Source: an uncultured Candidatus Saccharibacteria bacterium | GTDB lineage: Bacteria; Patescibacteriota; Minisyncoccia; UBA9983 | NCBI GenBank assembly: GCA_964372755.1 | Contig: CAYJQX010000002.1 | Span: 74,287-138,286 of the forward strand | DNA length: 64,000 bases | Direction of reading: 5' to 3' | Shown here: positions 58,120 through 64,000 of the stretch, piece after piece | Layout of the letters: every line of letters begins with the position of its first letter | How positions within the stretch are numbered: the stretch's first letter is position 1 | The notes under the pieces: generated by a model | What the model saw: the letters and a program-made list of their open reading frames with translations, nothing else | Told to the model about the DNA's origin: nothing | The model's database searches: none | Position numbers and translations under genes: made by a program

Positions 58120-58264
58120 TAAGTATAATAGTCTAATGCCTATGATTTAGAGGTGTATTTAATCTCTAGTCTTAAAGTCTCCATATAAGCCCCTAGAAAA
58201 ACAATTGCGTCTTCGACTCCGAGGTCGCTCAGACTCGAGGAGAGCGTGACTGACGCGAGTGTTA

Positions 58265-58298
58265 GGAATTATAAGCCAAAAAAATATCCGTGTTTCTC
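58265..58298 (-). promoter_or_regulatory. repeated upstream element, copy B (about 150 nt upstream of trmD)
   Basis: aggaattataagccaaaaaaatatccgtgtttct. The minus strand contains a perfect TATAAT. Confidence 0.3.
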
Positions 58299-58334
58299 GG
58301 AGCTTATGTAAAATAAACCCCATAGAGAAAAATA

Positions 58335-58378
58335 TCAACAAAAACAAAACCCACGCTACTATAGTGTAGCATGGGTTT
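58335..58378 (-). terminator. rho-independent terminator after KH-domain gene
   Basis: 12-bp stem (1 mismatch) aacccacgctac/gtagcatgggtt followed by a T-run on the minus strand. Confidence 0.5.
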
Positions 58379-58446
58379 CTGCTTGTTTAAAACAAAATTT
58401 TGTATTCTTTCGCGTAGTTTCGCGTTTAGTTCGCAAGTTTCGCGTC

Positions 58447-58755
58447 CTAAATCTTCAAGTCCTCCATTGCTTCATCAACGGTTTTGATCTGACGCTCCAC
58501 TCTCCCCCCTTCTGGTTCCTCAATCTTCAGATTTACTCGAGCGTTGTTTTTCATTCCAACCACTCGAAGTAGGGTGCGGATAGCCTTTGCCGTATTACCG
58601 CTTCGACCGATAATCTTGCCCATATCGGCAGGATCGAGGCGAAGAGTAATTAAAACTCCCATCTCATCAACCTTGCGGTCAATCATAACCTTATCGGGGT
58701 TATCAACAAGAGCTTTAACGACATATTCCAAGAACTCTTTATCGTGTTCAACCAT
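58447..58755 (-). CDS. KH-domain RNA-binding protein (YlqC/UPF0109-like)
   Basis: GKIIGRSGNTAKAIRTLL KH motif. It sits in the rpsP operon context. Confidence 0.7.
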   Translation of the reverse strand: MVEHDKEFLEYVVKALVDNPDKVMIDRKVDEMGVLITLRLDPADMGKIIGRSGNTAKAIRTLLRVVGMKNNARVNLKIEEPEGGRVERQIKTVDEAMEDLKI

Positions 58756-58796
58756 TTTTCTGAAATTCTAAAGATACCCTGTTAAATTTTAACAAC

Positions 58797-59120
58797 CTAA
58801 GCAGTTTCGACCGGTACTCTACCCTGCTTGCTCAAATTCTTTGCTTTGATTCTATCATGAAAAAGCACATCTCTCTTCTTTCCTTCCAACACGCCTTGTT
58901 TTATCAAAAGATTGTGCACGGTATCGGAGAGTTTGGCGCCTTTTCCCATCCATTCTTTGATTTTTTCTGTTTTTAAAATTGGTTCGCCTTTTTGGGCATT
59001 GTAAGAACCGAGATTTTCGTTAAAAGCTCCGCTCTTTGTGGATTTTCTAGAATCAATAAGAGCAACCCGATAGCTCGGGTCGTGTTTTTTACCTATTCTT
59101 TGTAAGCGGATCATCAACAT
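58797..59120 (-). CDS. rpsP: 30S ribosomal protein S16
   Basis: MIRLQRIGKKHDPSYRV... typical S16 N-terminus. The start is probably at the MIRL Met. Confidence 0.8.
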   Translation of the reverse strand: MLMIRLQRIGKKHDPSYRVALIDSRKSTKSGAFNENLGSYNAQKGEPILKTEKIKEWMGKGAKLSDTVHNLLIKQGVLEGKKRDVLFHDRIKAKNLSKQGRVPVETA

Positions 59121-59132
59121 AATTGTTCTATC

Positions 59133-59161
59133 ATACTAGCAGATGGAGAAATGAGTGTCAA
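59133..59161 (-). promoter_or_regulatory. promoter TTGACA-N17-TAGTAT for rpsP operon
   Basis: Read on the minus strand. It follows the upstream terminator. Confidence 0.35.
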
Positions 59162-59191
59162 AAAAAACAGCCCCGATTCTTGGTCGGGACT
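59161..59191 (-). terminator. rho-independent terminator of small upstream ORF
   Basis: 8-bp stem agtcccga/tcggggct followed by 8 T on the minus strand. Confidence 0.45.
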
Positions 59192-59211
59192 GGGAGTAAC
59201 ACTCGTCATTA

Positions 59212-59379
59212 TCATTTTCGAAAATACCGTTTAAACATGGCCCAGAGTGTTATCTGGTTGTAGTAAATCGGTATATTACCACGATCACCAGAAGATTGTC
59301 GCCTGTCTGCTTCAAAACCAACTCTTTCGAGAGTTTCTATAAACTCTCGCGTTACAGGCTTCTCTTCTACAGTATCCAT
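59212..59379 (-). CDS. small hypothetical protein (55 aa) with strong SD
   Basis: AAAGGAGGTGAGTATCTTATG. The sequence is MDTVEEKPVTREFIETLERVGFEADRRQSSGDRGNIPIYYNQITLWAMFKRYFRK, with its own terminator. Absent from the track because it is under 60 aa. Confidence 0.35.
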   Translation of the reverse strand: MDTVEEKPVTREFIETLERVGFEADRRQSSGDRGNIPIYYNQITLWAMFKRYFRK

Positions 59380-59434
59380 AAGATACTCACCTCCTTTCTG
59401 TTTACAATAATACTACTTGTTATTTTACTAGTCC

Positions 59435-59461
59435 AATGAGAGACGTCGGACGTCTCTCATT
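59435..59461. repeat. perfect 13-1-13 palindrome overlapping stop codon of the pterin dehydratase gene (copy 2 of 2)
   Basis: aatgagagacgtc-g-gacgtctctcatt, in the same orientation relative to the gene as the msrA copy. Confidence 0.6.
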
Positions 59462-59795
59462 GAGGTAATTTCGTCAATTCGTCAATCTTGGAGGCTAAAA
59501 TAAAATCATTATGCGACAAACCCCCAACCGCGTGCGTCCAGAGGTCAATTGTCACTTTGTTATAAAAAATATGGATATCGGGATGATGCCCCTCGGCTTC
59601 GGCCACCTCCGCCACTTTGTTTACAAAAACCATCGCTTCTTTAAAATCTTTAAACCGAAAATTTTTAAAGATTTTTCTGTATTCTTCCGTTTCCCAACTT
59701 TGTATTTGAGTCATCAATTCCTCTACCTCGTTATGATTTAACGCATCTCCCCCTTCCTCACACGGCACACAATGTTTGTTTTTTAAATCGTTCAT
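59457..59795 (-). CDS. pterin-4a-carbinolamine dehydratase (PCD/DCoH)
   Basis: EGHHPD motif. About 110 aa. Confidence 0.8.
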   Translation of the reverse strand: MNDLKNKHCVPCEEGGDALNHNEVEELMTQIQSWETEEYRKIFKNFRFKDFKEAMVFVNKVAEVAEAEGHHPDIHIFYNKVTIDLWTHAVGGLSHNDFILASKIDELTKLPQ

Positions 59796-59804
59796 AAGAA
59801 AATT

Positions 59805-60080
59805 CTAATAAACTTCGTTGTGAGTACCTATATCTATAAAGATAGCAGTAATACTGTTAAGAAAAATGAATTTTATTCTGTAGTGATAATCAATCCAAAA
59901 GGCCCACGACTCTTTATCTTTTCCGTGGAGTTTGTGAGTTCGTAGACGAGGGTCAAAAGCGTTTGTTTTAAAAATAATTTCTTTCTTTTCCGCTTGCTTT
60001 ACAATTTGTTTTGGCAAACGAGAGAGGTGTTTCAAAAAACGAGCAGAATAATCTACTTTAGCGATTACTCTTTCGGTCAT
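59805..60080 (-). CDS. type II toxin, RelE/ParE superfamily
   Basis: C-terminal ...HKLHGKDKESWAFWIDYHYRIKFIFLNSITAIFIDIGTHNEVY matches the RelE/ParE pattern. It overlaps the upstream antitoxin gene by 23 nt. Confidence 0.55.
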   Translation of the reverse strand: MTERVIAKVDYSARFLKHLSRLPKQIVKQAEKKEIIFKTNAFDPRLRTHKLHGKDKESWAFWIDYHYRIKFIFLNSITAIFIDIGTHNEVY

Positions 60081-60318
60081 AAATTTTTAACGCTTCCTTG
60101 ATTGAACCTGCTTTAATAGTTTTTCCATCACGGTAATCTTTCAACGCTTGCTTTACCTCTCTGTCTAATTTCAAGGCATCTTTGCCGGTGAGATAATAAG
60201 TAGGAATCGCTTGCTCTTGAAGCTTTTGATATTCTTTAATAGACAAAATAACTAAACCGCCAGATTTTTGAACTTTGTTTTTTGATATATTTATTGAGTT
60301 TTTAAAAGTTGTACTCAT
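60058..60318 (-). CDS. type II antitoxin (Phd/YefM-like)
   Basis: 86 aa. LVILSIKEYQKLQEQA is a Phd/YefM-like segment. The gene lies upstream of and overlapping the toxin. Confidence 0.45.
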   Translation of the reverse strand: MSTTFKNSINISKNKVQKSGGLVILSIKEYQKLQEQAIPTYYLTGKDALKLDREVKQALKDYRDGKTIKAGSIKEALKIYDRKSNR

Positions 60319-60412
60319 GATGTTTTTATATTAACACTTTTTAGTCTTTGGGGCAAACACCCCGCTTTTGATAATTCGCGTCATTCGTGTTCATTTGCGT
60401 ATTGGTGTCGGA

Positions 60413-62631
60413 TTACCCTCTCCCTGCATAGGTCTCCGCTTCTTCAAACTTTATTGATAATAATTTGGAAACACTGTCCGCCCCCATGGTCACGCCATAC
60501 AAAATTCCCGCTTGCTTCATTGTTTCGCGATTATGGGTGATAACAATCAGTTGGGTTTTCTGAGAAAGATTTTTGAGAGTCTCTCCGTATCTTTTGGAAT
60601 TTGCTTCGTCTAATGCTGCGTCTGTTTCGTCTAAAATCAAAAATGGAGGAGGGTTTACTTGGGTCATAGCAAAGAGAACGGCAATGGAAGTAAGAGCCCT
60701 TTCCCCGCCAGAGAGCATTTGCAATGAACTTATCTTTTTTCGAGAAAAACTCACAGCTATTTCTACCCCTTCTTCTTCTTTATTCTCTTCTTCCAAATCA
60801 TTATCTTCATGTAAGTTTTCGGAATCTTTCTTCTTTTTCTTCAAAGAAGAAATTTTTAGTTCGGCTCTTCCGCCATTGAACATTCCACCGAAAAACTCTC
60901 CCAGTCCGGCATTGATTTTATTTACCCCTTCTCCAAATTCTAAATCCACCTTTTCTCCTAATTCCGCCATCATTTTTTCTAACTCCTCATCAGTCTCGCG
61001 AAGGTCGTGGAGTTCCTTTTCCAAAAACTCGTCTCTCTTTTTTACATCTTCATATTCACGCACGGTTTCTTCTCCGATACCTCCCAAATCCTCTAATTTT
61101 ATTTTAATCCGCTCTATTTTTCCCCGCAAAGTTTCTCTTTCCCCAGCAGAAAATTTTCTTAAAAGTACGGATTCCGGGCAAGCAGGTTTTTCTCCCAAGA
61201 TAGCTTTGGCAATTTCGGCATCTCTTGTAAATTCACTGAGTTTAAATAAGTATTTTTCTTCCTCGTATTCAAAAAGTTTTAGCGAATTTCTAAGGTCGCT
61301 TAAGCGGATCTCCAGATTTGTTTTGTTTTTTTCCATAGATAAAATATCTGCTTCTTTTTTAGCAATCGCGGTAAGAAAAAAATTAATTTCCTCAGAGAGC
61401 AACACAAGCCCTTTTTTCACTTCGTCGCTTTCTTTTTTTAACTTCTCCAGAGAATCGTTAAGTTCCAACAGATTCGGCATTCCCGCTTCTTTGGAAACCA
61501 TACCTATTTTTTCTTTTATTTCTTTCAGGGCTGTTTTTAGACCCTCCGCCAATTTTCTGATTTCCGAAAAATCGGAAGTAAACAGCATACTCTCCAAAGA
61601 TTTTTCTATTTTTTCTAAAAATCCGCGCACGCTTGAAACCGGCAAAACATCGGGAGTTCCGGCATTTTGGCCCCTTTTCGTCTCCAGCTCTACCATTCCT
61701 TCAAACCTTCCAGCTTCTCTTTCTATGGAAATCTCCCGAGCTCTCAAATCCAATCTCATATTCTCTTTTTCCTTCAAAACTTCCTTCATTTTGTCTATTT
61801 CTTTTGAGGCGTGAATAGAAAGCGATTGTCCGGCAGTATCTCTCAACTCTCTTTCCAGTCTAGCGATTTCATATTCCGGTTTTATTTTTTTCTCGTCTAT
61901 TTGTTTTCTTAAAGATTTTATCTCCTCCTCTTCCTTAGCCAGATATTCTCCGTATAAGAATTTAAGATTTTCTTTTACAGAAATAGCTTCTTCCGCTTTT
62001 CCTATTTGGCGTTTCAAAAAATTAAGGTGAGGCTGGATTTCTCTTTTCACCGCTTCTACCTTATCCATATTTTCCCTTGTTTTTTTAAGCTTCCGAAAAG
62101 CTTCCTCTTTTTTCATTTCATATAAGGTCAAACCCAGAGCGTCCTCAATCATCTGCCTTCTTTCTTTTGGATTGGCATTTAAAATCCTGTCTGATTCGCC
62201 TTGGCTTATAATATGATGCCCCGAAGCCCCCAGTCCGACATGGCTCATCAAATCCAAAACATCCTTCAAGCGGACAACTGAATTGTTCAAAGAATATTCG
62301 TTCACGCCATCGCGATAAACGGTGCGAGTAACAATAACTTCTTCAAATTCCACAGGGAAAATTTTTTCACCATTATCAAAAACCAAAGAAACAGAGGCCT
62401 TACTGCTTCTTGGCAGTGTGGAAGAGCCGTTCCAGATCAAATCTTCGCCTTTTTTGCCACGAAGAGATTTCATGGATTGCTCGCCCAAAACCCAGCGAAC
62501 GGCCTCGGCTACATTGGATTTTCCAGAACCATTTGGACCGACGATAGCAGAAACAGGAGCATCAAAATCGAGCTTTGTATTTTTAGCAAAGGATTTAAAG
62601 CCGTTTAATTCAAGACGCTTAAGACGCATTT
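60413..62631 (-). CDS. smc: chromosome segregation SMC-family ATPase, compact (about 740 aa)
   Basis: N-terminus MRLKRLELNGFKSFAKNTKLDFDAPVSAIVGPNGSGKSN...WVLGEQS. C-terminus LSGGERALTSIAVLFA...LILDETDAALD. No obvious hinge domain. Confidence 0.6.
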
Positions 62632-62664
62632 GAGAACTTCTCTTTTGGATTTTTAAAAACCGTT

Positions 62665-63591
62665 TTAGTTTTTTGTTTTTCCTACCTGCCAACAATTAAT
62701 AAGATGTCTAAATTGATCCTCGTACCCATCAGTAAAAATCAATCCTTTATTCTCACTTAATTCAGACATAACGTTTTGTCTAGCCCCTATAGGTATTTTT
62801 TCTCCTAAATTTTTATTGTACCTCAGCCAGGACACTCTTTTTCCGCAGGGATTATTAATCTCCGTTGCACTTATAATACCGACAACATGACCGCGAACTC
62901 CAAAAAGGTGCATAAGTTCATGGGAAATAATTATGTTATTCCCCGCGTCAGAATAGTAAATATTTGACGCTGGTATAACCATAGCATCATTACCAACCAA
63001 AGCGTATCCCCGGAACCACCGACTGATTCCAAGAACTTTTTCAAAAACTCCATCAACCACAAAAATAGTCACTCCGTCTTTTTTTGGAGGATAAGATTTA
63101 AGAATCAACCCGTCTTGTACGCCAATTTCGAAGTGATAAAAGAAAGGATCAGCCACTTTTTTCACATTTCGCAAATATAATTCAAGAGATCCTTTAAAGT
63201 TTTTGTTTGTTTCTTCAATATAAAAGCGCAGGTTTTCCTCGGTCAAAGGCTCTTTAGCATCAGGACCTTCTTTAAATTTATCCGTGTGGAAAATAAAGAT
63301 ATCCACGGGTATTTTTTCAGTTTTTTTCTCGCTCGAAATGAAACTTGTTCCAAAAGAAGAAAAGCATTTCTCTTTCTTTGTTTGATCCCAATCACAAAAC
63401 AATCCTTGTTTTTCTGCATCCTTACAACTACTTGCCTCTGTAAATTCGGAACAAGAGATGGATAGCACAACATTACTCGTTAAATGAGCTGGATCAATAG
63501 CCCCGTATCGCCAATTTTCAAAAAAAGTAAATCCTCCAAAAATTATGATGATTGCTGATATTGCAATAATATACCCACGATATTTAGCCAT
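62665..63591 (-). CDS. membrane-anchored putative zinc metallopeptidase (HExxH)
   Basis: N-terminal TM segment and an ISHELMHLFG motif. Confidence 0.4.
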   Translation of the reverse strand: MAKYRGYIIAISAIIIIFGGFTFFENWRYGAIDPAHLTSNVVLSISCSEFTEASSCKDAEKQGLFCDWDQTKKEKCFSSFGTSFISSEKKTEKIPVDIFIFHTDKFKEGPDAKEPLTEENLRFYIEETNKNFKGSLELYLRNVKKVADPFFYHFEIGVQDGLILKSYPPKKDGVTIFVVDGVFEKVLGISRWFRGYALVGNDAMVIPASNIYYSDAGNNIIISHELMHLFGVRGHVVGIISATEINNPCGKRVSWLRYNKNLGEKIPIGARQNVMSELSENKGLIFTDGYEDQFRHLINCWQVGKTKN

Positions 63592-63630
63592 TTATTTTAT
63601 ATTTAAAATCTAATAAAAAATAAGCGTAGA

Positions 63631-64000
63631 CTATACCCAACCTTTTGCGGCAAGTCCGTTTCGCGCGGCATCGGTTTCCGCTTCTTGTTTAGAAGAACCA
63701 ACTCCCTCCGCGATTATTTCATCTCCTAAATAAACACCAATAGTAAAATTTTTGGCATGATCCGGACCAGACTCAGAAATAACTTTATAAGAAGGAGTTA
63801 TTCCCGACATCTCTTGGGCTTTCTCTTGAAACAGACTTTTAGCATCCACCCAAAGTTTTTTCTCATCGACATCGGTAATTCTGGGAATCAAAAAATTCTC
63901 AATGAAAATTTTTGCCTCATCATATCCTTTATCTAAAAAAATAGCCCCCACTACGGCCTCAAAAGTATTAGCCAGAATAAATTGTCTTGCTTTGCCCGTA
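63631..64000 (-). CDS. rnc: ribonuclease III (C-terminal part; gene continues beyond window end)
   Basis: End of the RNase III domain (GAIFLDKGYD) plus the dsRBD KNFTIGVYLGDEIIAEGVGSSKQEAETDAA. The ORF is open to the window edge. Confidence 0.7.
   Translation of the reverse strand, partial: TGKARQFILANTFEAVVGAIFLDKGYDEAKIFIENFLIPRITDVDEKKLWVDAKSLFQEKAQEMSGITPSYKVISESGPDHAKNFTIGVYLGDEIIAEGVGSSKQEAETDAARNGLAAKGWV

Noticed and set aside
60573-61814. 413-aa plus-strand ORF antisense to smc
   Set aside because: It is Ser/Phe-rich and low-complexity, the mirror of the Lys/Glu-rich coiled-coil region of SMC. It is not coding.
1-64000. CRISPR array, diversity-generating retroelement or retron
   Set aside because: No regularly spaced direct repeats were found. 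No reverse-transcriptase motif (YxDD) appears in any frame. The repeats present are palindromes or intragenic coding repeats.

Overview
This window looks like a low-GC, gene-dense chromosome segment of a small-genome bacterium, plausibly Patescibacteria/CPR-like. That placement is inferred from compact proteins, a short RpoB, a compact SMC and many near-leaderless starts.

Core genes recognised:
- cell wall: murA, murB, ddl
- Zn/Mn-type ABC importer: permease plus ATPase
- RRM RNA-binding protein
- UvrD-like helicase fused to an Fe-S PD-(D/E)xK nuclease
- DedA, cyclophilin, PepF, cmk-like kinase
- engB, mscL, trhO, truB-like, dus, msrA, msrB
- the macromolecular-synthesis genes dnaG-rpoD and rpoB-rpoC
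- a GH5-like/DMT/GH1 sugar cluster
- trmD, the rpsP-KH operon, pterin dehydratase, SMC and the start of rnc

Accessory content:
- An integrated element occupies positions 1 to about 4.85 kb and continues beyond the left edge. It carries a CHC2 primase zinc-finger protein, a P-loop NTPase, a small ORF and a large serine recombinase whose stop codon overlaps the 3' end of tRNA-Ala(UGC).
- tRNA-Asn(GUU) at 42557-42891 is interrupted in its anticodon loop by a 260-nt group I intron with recognisable P1/P10 and R/S elements.
- A visibly GC-richer block lies between about 32.6 and 42.5 kb. It encodes secreted or redox-type accessory proteins (PhnB-like VOC, SRPBCC) and a 793-aa surface protein with about 8 thrombospondin-type-3-like Asp-rich repeats and a peptidoglycan-binding domain.
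- A RelE/ParE-Phd-like toxin-antitoxin pair sits at 59.8-60.3 kb.
- Two near-identical 25-nt perfect palindromes, differing by one compensatory change, overlap the stop codons of msrA and the pterin dehydratase gene.
- There are several other long perfect inverted repeats, a repeated upstream element before rpoB and trmD, and a 23-nt identical in-frame insertion shared by two unrelated genes.

No CRISPR array, rRNA or reverse transcriptase was seen. All functional calls come from motif recognition by eye. Nothing was searched against databases.
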